From an uncultured virus (IMG/VR IMGVR_UViG_3300022700_000138) (Duplodnaviria; Heunggongvirae; Uroviricota; Caudoviricetes), in IMG/VR virus record IMGVR_UViG_3300022700_000138: a DNA stretch of 64,000 bases. One strand, written 5' to 3'. This document shows, one piece after another, positions 10,188 to 20,495 of the stretch (position 1 is the stretch's first letter; each line of letters opens with the position of its first letter). Made by a program: the position numbers and the translations under genes. The notes below the pieces were generated by a model. That model worked only from the letters and a program-made list of their open reading frames with translations, was not told the origin of the DNA and searched no databases.

Positions 10188-13100
10188 ATGGCAATAGCAC
10201 CCGCCTTATATTTCAATCTTACAACTGGACGGAACACCCGCTTTTCGTCAACAGATACCCTGCAAGCTAATACTATCGAAGCCTTTAGTTCTAGCGACGC
10301 TGTAACTCTGTTCGGCAACCTCGGGTCGTCTGGTACACTTGCTTTGGGCGCAGCCGGAATGGAAGTTACAGTACCCGGTGACTTCAGGGTTCAGGGTACT
10401 GAATATGTCGAAACAAATGAGTCTGTTACCGGCAACTTTTCTGTAGATGGCGACGCCACTTTAGGCAGTGATTCTGCAGATAGCATCACTATGAACGGCG
10501 AGGTTGCTTCAAACCTCGTTTTTCAAACCAGCACAGCAGCCAGAACCATTACGGGAGACGGTACAAATGGGTTAACGGTTACTGCCGGTGCAAGTACAGC
10601 TCTGACACTAACATCACCGGTCGCTGCAACTTGGTCGACGACGGCAGGCGTACTCACCCTTTCTGGTGCTGGTGGCGCTACGGTAAATGGAAATGGCAAC
10701 ACACTGACGCTAGCGTCTGCAGCAGGTAGTATTGATGCCGACGCTGCTACTATTACTATCGACGGTAGCACTAGTGTAAACGTTAACTCTGGTGCAATCT
10801 ACAGTGATGGTACAAATGTTGGTATTGGGCAGACAGCCTTCACCGACACCAGCTGGTACACACAAATTACAGGTACAGACGCTAGTGAGGTTCTTCTTCT
10901 CACCAACAGCGGAGCAAACAGTGCAGGTATTCATGTAGGATCGGGCGATCCAAGTGGTACTGTTAGCGGTAATGCGGGCGATATATACCTGGATGTCAGC
11001 TCCGGTGCCCCTTATTATTGTACCGGTACAACAAACTGGACGCAGGTCGGTAGTGCGACTGCGACGGGTAACAACCTCGATGAAGCATACGATGCCTTTA
11101 CAGGCGCTGCGACCATCAATGTTGACACCAAGAATCTGACCTGGCAACTTACTGAAGGCAATGGGTACGACATTGTTTGGACCGACGACAACGGTGACGA
11201 CTTCCTCAGAGCAGACGATGCCACCGATTCTATTGTTCTGGGTGCAGCTGGCGGAACAACGGAACGTCACGTGACGGTTGGGGGGACTGTTAATAGCAAT
11301 ATCTCCTTCGACAACACGCTCCGCTCAATCATTAACTTCAATGCAGGGATTAACATCAACGCTGGTGCTTCTATTGCAGATGCTCCCATTAACATTTCCT
11401 CCAGTGGAGATTTTGCAATTACAGCCAGTGCTGGCGGTGGTTCTGACACAGGCACAGTGGATATTACCTCAGCCGGTAACATGACTTTGACTTCTAGCTC
11501 TGGTTCCATCGTGTTGGATTCGGACGATGGTACAGCGGGGGAGATCCGACTTACTAACGGCTCTGGCAACCAGGGTTTCACGTATGGTGTAGGTGGCTCG
11601 ACCGTAACCCAACCCGAAACCTTTGCATTCGACAACAGTGCCTCGACTCCGAGTGCCGCATCGGGTGGTTTTGAAGTTCACGTAGCTGGAGACGTAGATC
11701 TACAGAGTGGGCTCAATGCAGTTGGTTCCGCTACTGGCGCGATCGACATCACAGCTAATGGCGGGCTCCTTACTCTTACTTCCACAGGAAGTGGTATCAC
11801 CTTAGACAATGCTGGGGACTCCACCACTTATCGAAAAGTTGTCGACCTGACGAATAATGAGGCGGCGGGAGTCGGTGCTTCCGATGCATCAGCATCCATC
11901 TTTGTGAGTTCGAACGACCCAAATACCGGAGAGGGAGCTGGTACTGCTGCAAATGCGGGTGACATTTGTCTGGTGGACACTGGCGATCTCTACGTGAACA
12001 CCGATGGAACTGCTACTGGATGGTCCACAGTTCAACTCGGTACCGAGAGCCTAACCCTCCAAGGCGCGTATGACAACTACACCGGCACGCCAATCGTAGC
12101 ACTGGATGCTACCGGAACCTTAACGTGGCAGGTTGACAGCGCTAACAATTCGGACTTCATCATCCAGCAGGATGCCACGGCAAGTTCGTATTATCTGCAT
12201 GCAGATACCACCAACACCCAGATTCAGCTTGGTTCCACCGCAGGTGCAACCGACATCAGTGTTGTCATTCCGACCGACGTTCTTGACGCCGACGTAACTG
12301 GTGCGATGACTCTCGATGCTGGTGCGGCTTCTCAGGTCACCACTTCATCCGGGGCACTGACACTTACATCGGCAGCTGCAGCCACTTGGTCGACTACTGC
12401 CGGTATCCTAACTCTCGATGGTGCTGGTGGTGTGAACGTCGTCGGTAACGCATCCGAGGTGGATATTACCACAACTGGGGCTGTAGACGTAAACGGCTCT
12501 ACAATTACTATTGATGGTTCCACCTCGGTGGCAATTGATTCCGCCGGCACCACGCTGCTTGATAGTGCCACGGGCACCACCGTATCTGCGGACGCTGGTG
12601 GGGTAACAATAGACCCAACTGCTGGCAACATTGCGATGTCAACCGGCACGGCGGACGACGACATCACAATGACCGTTACTGGTACTGGGGGTGAAATCTC
12701 CTTCACGGCCCATACCCAAACACTCACTGTTAACGACTCGACAAATAATTCTTTCGCCGCTACTACCTATCTAGTGGGCGATACTTCCATCGTCGAGGCA
12801 CTAATCGACCTTGATAGCGCAATATCGGGCACGGGCGACACCGTAATCGAGCTACCGGCCGGCGAAACCAGCGCTAATATGTCTGTCGGCGATGCGCTGT
12901 ATATCAACTCGGACGGTCAGGTTTATCGAACAGACGCGTCGGCCGCATCCAGTGCGAAGTTCGTCGGGTTCGCCAGAACTGTAACAGGAACCATTGGTAA
13001 TAATATCGAAGTCTACACCGCAGGTAAGGTAGTTTCGAGTACTGATTTCTCTGGCACTGGTATCGACGCAGATGAGGGTACGTACTTGTATCTGGACAAT

Positions 13101-13232
13101 ACCACAGCAGGCGCACTAACAGACGACGTTAGCGGGTTCACTACAGGTGATGTGGTGTTACGAGTAGGGGTTGTCGTGAGTCAGGCTAACGATGAGCTAG
13201 CTGTCCAAATTGGTAATCCAGTTGAACTGTAG
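10188..13232 (+). CDS. Long fibre protein with C-terminal DUF2190/capsid-cement-like domain
   Basis: G/T/A/S/D-rich 1014 aa; internal duplication ALTLTSxxAATWSTTAGxLTLxGAGG; C-terminal VGDALYI...FVGFA...YLYLD...VLRVGV. Confidence 0.7.
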   Translation: MAIAPALYFNLTTGRNTRFSSTDTLQANTIEAFSSSDAVTLFGNLGSSGTLALGAAGMEVTVPGDFRVQGTEYVETNESVTGNFSVDGDATLGSDSADSITMNGEVASNLVFQTSTAARTITGDGTNGLTVTAGASTALTLTSPVAATWSTTAGVLTLSGAGGATVNGNGNTLTLASAAGSIDADAATITIDGSTSVNVNSGAIYSDGTNVGIGQTAFTDTSWYTQITGTDASEVLLLTNSGANSAGIHVGSGDPSGTVSGNAGDIYLDVSSGAPYYCTGTTNWTQVGSATATGNNLDEAYDAFTGAATINVDTKNLTWQLTEGNGYDIVWTDDNGDDFLRADDATDSIVLGAAGGTTERHVTVGGTVNSNISFDNTLRSIINFNAGININAGASIADAPINISSSGDFAITASAGGGSDTGTVDITSAGNMTLTSSSGSIVLDSDDGTAGEIRLTNGSGNQGFTYGVGGSTVTQPETFAFDNSASTPSAASGGFEVHVAGDVDLQSGLNAVGSATGAIDITANGGLLTLTSTGSGITLDNAGDSTTYRKVVDLTNNEAAGVGASDASASIFVSSNDPNTGEGAGTAANAGDICLVDTGDLYVNTDGTATGWSTVQLGTESLTLQGAYDNYTGTPIVALDATGTLTWQVDSANNSDFIIQQDATASSYYLHADTTNTQIQLGSTAGATDISVVIPTDVLDADVTGAMTLDAGAASQVTTSSGALTLTSAAAATWSTTAGILTLDGAGGVNVVGNASEVDITTTGAVDVNGSTITIDGSTSVAIDSAGTTLLDSATGTTVSADAGGVTIDPTAGNIAMSTGTADDDITMTVTGTGGEISFTAHTQTLTVNDSTNNSFAATTYLVGDTSIVEALIDLDSAISGTGDTVIELPAGETSANMSVGDALYINSDGQVYRTDASAASSAKFVGFARTVTGTIGNNIEVYTAGKVVSSTDFSGTGIDADEGTYLYLDNTTAGALTDDVSGFTTGDVVLRVGVVVSQANDELAVQIGNPVEL

Positions 13233-13233
13233 T

Positions 13234-13290
13234 TCGTGAATTTATAGGGGGCTCGGGGATCGTACTCCGAGCCCCTCATTAAATTCATGA
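13234..13290 (+). terminator. Long intergenic hairpin (terminator or processing site)
   Basis: TCGTGAATTTA/TAAATTCATGA outer stem and GGGGCTCGGGG/CTCCGAGCCCC inner stem right after the stop codon; no U-tract. Confidence 0.55.
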
Positions 13291-13322
13291 GCACTGTAAA
13301 TTCCTACCTGAGGGTGTAGACC

Positions 13323-16300
13323 ATGGCGCAGGGACCAAACGATCGTACTGTCTTGTACTTCGATAGCGGTATCTACAAAGTTATCGGGGGCGACGATACT
13401 ATCTGGAATAATATTACTACTGCTTCTGTAAACGCGCTTCGTTTCGAGCGGAGTGGGGCAGACATATTTACGCTAGCTAATCAAGGCGAGCTTAAAGTAA
13501 CCCCAACTGGCTCTGCAACTTCACCGGCACTTGACGTGCAGGGGCACCCAGCAAACCAAGACTTAGTACGGGTGTACGACGCTAATGTTGGTGAAGACGT
13601 ATTAAAATTTACTAAGACTGATACCGGTGCCAGCTCATGGGCAGTCAATATGGTGCTGCGTAATGCAGATACCCCAACTGCTGCAGATGAGGCCCTTAGA
13701 CTTACGCATGACGTTCAGTCAGACACTCCCAATACTTCTACTAAGCTTCTATCTCTTGGCCATACCGGAACTGGTGGGGCTTCATATACTGAAAAGTTCA
13801 AATTAACCCAGGGTGGGGCTTTTCATCTATTGGACACCAACGGGTCGGCAGACATACTGTGGGGTACTGACGGAGGCGGAAACATCGGTACCTCCGGTGG
13901 GGCTGGAAGGCCGGATAAGATTTTCGCTGCTACCCAGGTTTTTGCAGGAGGATCTTATCTGGAAAATCAGTATTTGTATATTGGTCCCCAAACTGCAAAT
14001 AACAAACACATAGTAGCCCTGCAAACAGGAACTTCTGATCCCTCTATTCGATGGAATGAAAGTGGCAGCCAGTGGGAAATCAGTCCCGACAGTTCTACCT
14101 GGTCTGCGGTTGGGACCAGTAACGTTGCTAGTTGGGACGATCTTTACGATTTAGATCAAGATCTCACTATAGATGGTTCTCCGTTAGCATGGACTCAAAC
14201 GTCCACTAGTGGTTCAGCATTATACGTTCTTAGAGCCCTAGGAGAAACTAGTACTACTGCACCTATTGTATTCATTGATAACAAGGTAGCTGATGCAGTG
14301 GATGATCAACCTGCGTTAAAGGTAAACTGTCAGCAGTTTAGAGGGTCGACCGATTCATACGGTATCTATTCTGTTTATGTGCAAGATGATGACACTACCA
14401 CAGGACGTACTGGTGGTACAGCTACCTCACTTTTCTCCGCCGTTTCTCCAAATGATCTTGATACCGGTGGCAGTTACCACGCTGTAGGTTGTCATGCTGC
14501 AGCAAGCACTGGGAATGCAACCGCTTACGGGATTTATGTAAACGAAAACTTTGACTATGGAGTTTATTCAAAATCAAAAGCCTATGTGCTGGAATCTACA
14601 GCTACCAACTTTGGTAATAGTGAAAACTATGCAGTAAGCGTAGAAACCACCTCAACCGGAACCGGATTGCTTGCCAACGATATTTTTATTGGCTATCGGC
14701 ATGAATTCACTCCCGATACAGACGATTCCACTAGTTCTTACTACTACGGATTCTACACGATCGGACCTGCCAGTGACTATGTACCAAATTATTACGGATT
14801 TTACGCAGATGGTAGCGGAGGTACTACGGCACAAAACAAGATAGGATATTACGCTAGCGTAGATTGGGATTACGGACTATACTCAGGTAGTCCAATTATC
14901 ATGATCGACCCTTCGGTAACCTCTGCCTTCGAAGGGATTAAAGTTGATGTTACCTCTACTGGGTCCGGTGCAAATAGTATAGAAGGAATTTCAGTCGACC
15001 TTACCGGAGACTCAGCTGATACAGGTACTCACACAGGAGTTAAAACCTATGTTTTAACGGAGTCTAGCAGTGCCGTAAATATTGTTGGTCACGACATTAC
15101 TCTAGCAGACGGTGGAAGCACTACTGGAAACTATACAGGAATAGACCTCACTACTGGCGGCAACACTTCTGGAACTACTTACGGACTAAACGTTGACGGA
15201 AATTGGGACTACGCACTGTACAGTTTGTCGTCCGTGTTTGTTAACAACGATGTATCTGGTGGAGGTGTCTACTCAGCTCGAGTGGAGGCCGACACCTCTG
15301 GAATGTCCGGCGGTACATCCTCTATATTAGAATTGACACAGATTGACGATGGAACTTCGTCGAGTGGACCTATTTTCTATGGTTTACAGGTATCTGGTGA
15401 TGCCGATTCTAACATAGGCACTGGTGCTGTGGCGGTAAACATCAATGCTAACTGGGGGCTTGGTGTAGTATCGGCAGCACCCGAAAATAGATTCTGGTAT
15501 TCTCCATCATCATCTCCATCATCTGCAGTAGAACTAACCCACATCAAGTATACGTCTCCTGCGGCTGGTACTACTGCGGCCATTAAGGGTGTGGACATAG
15601 AAATTACTGCAGATGGGGACGACTCGAACAGCTACGCCGGAGTTAGCGTCCAAGCATCACAAAATCCAGCTGGTGCTTCTATGTACGGTGTTGCTGTCAA
15701 TAGATTTTGGGATTGGGGGGTGTACAGCGAGTCCCCAGTATATGCACTAGAACGATTTGCGTCAGGATCAGGCGAAGAGTATGTAGCACAATTTGATGCA
15801 CAAGCAGACACAGCTGGCGCGGCGGCAAGCGACCGTGGTTGGACTATTATGACCCACGCGGAAAATGCTGCCCTTGATAATGGATCAAATAGATTTGCTG
15901 CCATCCGCGTAACCGGGACGGACAATGGAGGGGCTGCGATTTATGGTCTGTATTTCCCTACCACCGATGCAAATGCTACCGGTAGCTGGCCAGCTTTAGA
16001 ATACGGAATTTATGCTGAAGCCGGATTGCACTATTTGTCAACTGACTTCGATGGAAGTACTGGAAGCCATCTTTACCTTAATACACAAAATTCTAGCGCG
16101 GTCAGTAGTGGTGGTGAGCTAGTATCTATATCGGCTTCTATGAATGCTACTAGTGGGGAAGGTAATTTCGGTATTACGGGGGTAAAGGTACAGACGACAG
16201 ATAATCAATGGAACGACCATGCCTATGCTTTCCACGCGGCTAGTACCGCATCAGGTAAATGGTCTTCGGGACTTTTTGCTGAGAATACGTTGGCGGTCCA

Positions 16301-17600
16301 TGCTGATGTAGACATATCGTTAGTTCCTGGTAGCAATATAACTGACATAAATACCGACGGCATTTTGAATGTAGAGACAGACAACACGACGGCTTTAGGG
16401 TTGGGCGAAATTGTTTACGGTGGGCTAAGGGTCTATCACACAGGCAATGCGTCAGATGACGCGGCATCGCAGATATATGGCGCCTACGTAGACGCAGATG
16501 GTACCCAAGGCGGACTATACTACGGTTATTATGCCGGTGGAGGGTGTAGTTACGGGGTGTGGTGCGATGAAGTTGGAGCGGGGAGTATTTTGTCTGGAAA
16601 CGGTTCAATTGTAAGCTCCAACAATACTTCAAAATACGAAAACACTTCTTTGTCAAATGCTTTGATCTACGCTGAGACCAATTCAGATGGTATCGATGGT
16701 AGTACTGATCCAAATTGGTACGGAATAGTTTCTGGGTACAATCATAATAGTGGCGATACTAATGACGCGAACTGGTTCGCGTTCTACGCAGAAGCTATAT
16801 CTGGTACAGAAGGTAGTGTCACCACAATAGGTTATAGAGCGCATAGTTCTCTAGATATTGGGTTTGAATCCTACGCGCCTACTAATACCTTTAGTAGGAG
16901 CGATGACCTTTACTCCGGGTCAAGTCCCGTAGTTCTAGTTAGAAACCTGGATAATGACAGCACTGCGGGCGTTACCCCAGCATTAACGTTAGAAAACGCA
17001 TATTCTAGCACGTCTTCCACAGTGCTAAGTATTGACAGCGCCTACGATGGCGGTGATTCCGAAGATACTCGGCGTGCAATTGTATTAGCAAACACCTCGA
17101 GAAACCGACGTAATCTTCCAATTCAACACGCAACAGCTGTTGGGTCTACGATCGAGTGGTACCTCAATGCCTCTGATTATTTGACCACACGTGCAAGAGA
17201 TTATTGGATATGCCGCAGTACCTCTAGTGGTGGATACACAGTAAAAGTTCCCTTGTTTCTGCCGCACCGAAGTACGCTCCAACAAGTTTATGTCGCTTTC
17301 TATGTATCGGGTACTGCTTCGGGTACCGAAAGCCAAAGGACAAGAGCGAGAGTTTACAGAAAAGCATACAACCAGAGTATCTCTGGCACAGAAGGTTATC
17401 TAGCTCAAAGCTATCTAGGTACCGGTACCGGTACTCAGTACATAAACCTGAGTAGCATAAACCACGATATTGACGCCCGCAATAACAATTTCTTTTTAGA
17501 GATTCGCGGCCCGACTGGAGGGAGCAGAAGTACCCTTTGGTGGCTGGGCGGGTATTACACATACGACATCACAGACTTAGGTGCTGCACCTGGATACTAG
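13323..17600 (+). CDS. Very long fibre/adhesin-like virion protein
   Basis: 1425 aa with recurrent YGxYxxxxWDYGxYS-like repeats suggesting a beta-helix. Confidence 0.65.
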   Translation: MAQGPNDRTVLYFDSGIYKVIGGDDTIWNNITTASVNALRFERSGADIFTLANQGELKVTPTGSATSPALDVQGHPANQDLVRVYDANVGEDVLKFTKTDTGASSWAVNMVLRNADTPTAADEALRLTHDVQSDTPNTSTKLLSLGHTGTGGASYTEKFKLTQGGAFHLLDTNGSADILWGTDGGGNIGTSGGAGRPDKIFAATQVFAGGSYLENQYLYIGPQTANNKHIVALQTGTSDPSIRWNESGSQWEISPDSSTWSAVGTSNVASWDDLYDLDQDLTIDGSPLAWTQTSTSGSALYVLRALGETSTTAPIVFIDNKVADAVDDQPALKVNCQQFRGSTDSYGIYSVYVQDDDTTTGRTGGTATSLFSAVSPNDLDTGGSYHAVGCHAAASTGNATAYGIYVNENFDYGVYSKSKAYVLESTATNFGNSENYAVSVETTSTGTGLLANDIFIGYRHEFTPDTDDSTSSYYYGFYTIGPASDYVPNYYGFYADGSGGTTAQNKIGYYASVDWDYGLYSGSPIIMIDPSVTSAFEGIKVDVTSTGSGANSIEGISVDLTGDSADTGTHTGVKTYVLTESSSAVNIVGHDITLADGGSTTGNYTGIDLTTGGNTSGTTYGLNVDGNWDYALYSLSSVFVNNDVSGGGVYSARVEADTSGMSGGTSSILELTQIDDGTSSSGPIFYGLQVSGDADSNIGTGAVAVNINANWGLGVVSAAPENRFWYSPSSSPSSAVELTHIKYTSPAAGTTAAIKGVDIEITADGDDSNSYAGVSVQASQNPAGASMYGVAVNRFWDWGVYSESPVYALERFASGSGEEYVAQFDAQADTAGAAASDRGWTIMTHAENAALDNGSNRFAAIRVTGTDNGGAAIYGLYFPTTDANATGSWPALEYGIYAEAGLHYLSTDFDGSTGSHLYLNTQNSSAVSSGGELVSISASMNATSGEGNFGITGVKVQTTDNQWNDHAYAFHAASTASGKWSSGLFAENTLAVHADVDISLVPGSNITDINTDGILNVETDNTTALGLGEIVYGGLRVYHTGNASDDAASQIYGAYVDADGTQGGLYYGYYAGGGCSYGVWCDEVGAGSILSGNGSIVSSNNTSKYENTSLSNALIYAETNSDGIDGSTDPNWYGIVSGYNHNSGDTNDANWFAFYAEAISGTEGSVTTIGYRAHSSLDIGFESYAPTNTFSRSDDLYSGSSPVVLVRNLDNDSTAGVTPALTLENAYSSTSSTVLSIDSAYDGGDSEDTRRAIVLANTSRNRRNLPIQHATAVGSTIEWYLNASDYLTTRARDYWICRSTSSGGYTVKVPLFLPHRSTLQQVYVAFYVSGTASGTESQRTRARVYRKAYNQSISGTEGYLAQSYLGTGTGTQYINLSSINHDIDARNNNFFLEIRGPTGGSRSTLWWLGGYYTYDITDLGAAPGY

Positions 17601-17610
17601 GAGTAACAAA

Positions 17611-18114
17611 ATGATTATAAATAAGGAAACAGCCGACACAGTTCTACTGAACTCTTTGCGCATATTCGATTCGTCTGGTAAGGTTATCGTCAATGTTAAA
17701 TCGTTAGATACAGATACACTAGCAGTCAGTTTGAACAGTGGAGAGTCAGTTACCGCAAACGATTTCTCATTTTATGTATATAACTACGAAGACGCTTCTG
17801 CTCTAGAGAGTGTGTTAGAAGAGGACCTATTACCAAGAGTAATCAAACGTGGCTCTGGACTACCCAGAAAATCACTGGATTCGGAAGATACGAGTCCAGA
17901 ACACTTATTGATTACAAAAGGAGGGTGCGAGCCTGTACTGGTTCAGTGTACCAATTGCTCAACGCATTTCATGATGATTAGGGGTGGAGATGGGAGCTTG
18001 TGGTCTACGACAAGAAGCAACTCTTCGGATAAGTGGCTCACTGCTGAGAAACTCACAAAAGACGCTATCGCTTGCGACAATTGCGGAGAACCCGTCGTGC
18101 ACGACGAAAAATAA
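17611..18114 (+). CDS. Hypothetical protein with C-terminal Zn-ribbon
   Basis: ATG 17611 with GGAG SD; CTNC and CDNC motifs. Confidence 0.55.
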   Translation: MIINKETADTVLLNSLRIFDSSGKVIVNVKSLDTDTLAVSLNSGESVTANDFSFYVYNYEDASALESVLEEDLLPRVIKRGSGLPRKSLDSEDTSPEHLLITKGGCEPVLVQCTNCSTHFMMIRGGDGSLWSTTRSNSSDKWLTAEKLTKDAIACDNCGEPVVHDEK

Positions 18115-18231
18115 TAGGATCTACCTGCAGTTTCACGGTTATTATCGTAACTGTCGTGAGACTATATATTGCACAAGGTTGCTAACCAAGGTACTACGGT
18201 GGGAAGGGGAGGAGACAACAAATGAGGCAGC

Positions 18232-18594
18232 ATGCCAGAAAAACCCACAGGAAGGCCAAGAACACGATCAACAGCAGACACATACGAACGTCTGCTTACA
18301 GTAGAGATGAAAGCTCTATTAGAGAGGATTAATGAACTCACTGAAACAGTCGGAAAGTTGTTTGTAGAAGTGAACGGATTAGCAGTTAATTTGGAGGAGG
18401 CAGTGGGAAACTTAGAAAGAGTAGCTACGGATTTGGATCAGTACTCCAAAGAGATAAGTACGGTGAAGAGTAGAATAGATGGGTTCGAAAAAATGGTAGA
18501 TTCTCTTCAATCCAAAGTCGGTGCTATTGATGGTAAACTAGACGAAGCTAGTTTGTTCATAGCAACTCTGGAACAACGAATCAAAAATAAATAA
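18232..18594 (+). CDS. Coiled-coil protein
   Basis: Continuous heptads; GAGG SD. Confidence 0.55.
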   Translation: MPEKPTGRPRTRSTADTYERLLTVEMKALLERINELTETVGKLFVEVNGLAVNLEEAVGNLERVATDLDQYSKEISTVKSRIDGFEKMVDSLQSKVGAIDGKLDEASLFIATLEQRIKNK

Positions 18595-18655
18595 GTTACT
18601 TATTGGTAAGCAATCACTGCCACAACCTACCTGTTCAGGTCTAGGGGTACATTCC

Positions 18656-20179
18656 ATGTCCAACTCGATGTTTGACCAATTTAAACTCGCCATGAAGAAG
18701 GCTATTCAAGATGAAGACTTTCGGCGAAAGAATCAAATATACCAAGATGACGATTTTCTGTCTGGGGTGCTAAACCGGGTAGATTCGCTTACGAATGACG
18801 TAACTATAGAACAAGACTATAACGACATCATCTCTGTTTTGGGCATGGTCAAGAAAGATACCTCCAACCGTTCCATAGTATTCGACACTCGGGGTTTCAA
18901 AACTACCCTATCTGCTTTTAGAGAAGGTCTCATACAAAATCCCTCCAAAATATGGCGCAGGATCGTGGAAGGCAGCGATGACCGCTACCTAATTTCTGAC
19001 AGAGGCAGTGGTGTCCTTGTACTCAATTCCGATCTAGAGGTACTGTATCGATTTCCAAATTTCAGTCCCAATGTAGCAGGAGGGGGCTACCACGACGCGT
19101 CTGCGTGCGTGACGTTTGTCGTAGATGATGTTGAGTACATAGCAATTACAATGTACAGCCATCATGTGTGCAGTATTTATGAGTACAACTCACCAAACAC
19201 ATTCCAGTCTACAATCGGTCAGGTCGATACACCTGGTGACATCACAGATTATCTAAACAATCCGATCGGCATCGCGGTAGACGAAACGAATTCTCTTCTG
19301 TACATACTGTCTCAAGACGGTCAGCCAGCCGGGTCTACACTAAATCGCGGGTTCGTCTCAGTGTATGATGTGTCTACACCGTCCACACCTGTATTTCAAG
19401 AAATATTCCTATACTATGCTAATACAGGTAGTTTACTGGATGCGGAAAGCGACTCCGCCAAAGATGTTTATTTCGATGATGGGATACTATGGGTGTCGAA
19501 CGGTGGGGATCAGGATGAAGTTGCTGGGATAGATGTGCTGGCAACCCCACACAGGTGTGTGAAATACATAGAACCATCTGGTTCTGGGTACACACTGCGC
19601 TCACCTGAGCAGGTTTCAACTTTAACAGATCCGGGAAACTATAAAAGCCTATTTATTGCAAATGGTGCCACTGGAACTATAGAGGAATTCGACGCACAAA
19701 CACTGCGGCACCAACGTACCTTTGGGTTTCGCGCGTCTGAAGACGAACTTAATTCTTACTACAGATTGTCGGATGCGGTTTATGGTGCTATCGGTTATGC
19801 AAAAGCAGCGATTGCAGATAACACTATTCTGGATGAAAAAGATACCAAGGTGTTACTCTGCACGGACACCCTAAATAAACGCATGCACAGCTTCAACGTA
19901 GACGCATACACCACAGACAACTTCGTAAACTTTTCACCACTAGAATTCGAGGTACCGTTTTCTGCAAACGGATGGACAGTATCTGGAACCATACCGATGG
20001 ACATGCTTAAGGTCTACTACCGGTTCCAAGACACCGAAGAATTCAGGGAAATGCCCCCAGATACCTCTTTACCAGAGACGTCTAGAATACAATTCCAACT
20101 TCGCATCCAACTAGACAGCAGACGTTTCGTACGGGACTGGTATGTAAGTAAACTCCGAGTACACGGAAATCAGGTATAA
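18656..20179 (+). CDS. NHL-repeat beta-propeller protein
   Basis: LNNPIGIAVD and LRSPEQV NHL-like blades. Confidence 0.6.
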   Translation: MSNSMFDQFKLAMKKAIQDEDFRRKNQIYQDDDFLSGVLNRVDSLTNDVTIEQDYNDIISVLGMVKKDTSNRSIVFDTRGFKTTLSAFREGLIQNPSKIWRRIVEGSDDRYLISDRGSGVLVLNSDLEVLYRFPNFSPNVAGGGYHDASACVTFVVDDVEYIAITMYSHHVCSIYEYNSPNTFQSTIGQVDTPGDITDYLNNPIGIAVDETNSLLYILSQDGQPAGSTLNRGFVSVYDVSTPSTPVFQEIFLYYANTGSLLDAESDSAKDVYFDDGILWVSNGGDQDEVAGIDVLATPHRCVKYIEPSGSGYTLRSPEQVSTLTDPGNYKSLFIANGATGTIEEFDAQTLRHQRTFGFRASEDELNSYYRLSDAVYGAIGYAKAAIADNTILDEKDTKVLLCTDTLNKRMHSFNVDAYTTDNFVNFSPLEFEVPFSANGWTVSGTIPMDMLKVYYRFQDTEEFREMPPDTSLPETSRIQFQLRIQLDSRRFVRDWYVSKLRVHGNQV

Positions 20180-20190
20180 AGGTTGCTGTC

Positions 20191-20475
20191 ATGCTAATAT
20201 CATATTATCCCAACGGTTCAAAAATAATACGGCTATCTATAGGTACTGAACTATCAGAAGGTAGAGTTACAAAAGTTCGGGTGGACATGGCAGCGCGCGA
20301 GGAGCTGCTGCCATCCTCGACGGAATACCTAAAAGAAAGCGGGTTGCTACAAGAAGTCCTATCAAAAGCCGGTTTGAATGAAACGATAGAGTTCTCCACC
20401 TACACCCAAACGTCGTATAAATCTGTAGGTAACCATGAACACGTCTATCGCCTCGAGCTTACCGTAGCTGTGTAA
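20191..20475 (+). CDS. Hypothetical protein
   Basis: 94-aa ORF fitting the gap between neighbours. Confidence 0.5.
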   Translation: MLISYYPNGSKIIRLSIGTELSEGRVTKVRVDMAAREELLPSSTEYLKESGLLQEVLSKAGLNETIEFSTYTQTSYKSVGNHEHVYRLELTVAV

Positions 20476-20495
20476 TTAGCTAAACGGAGTCGAGG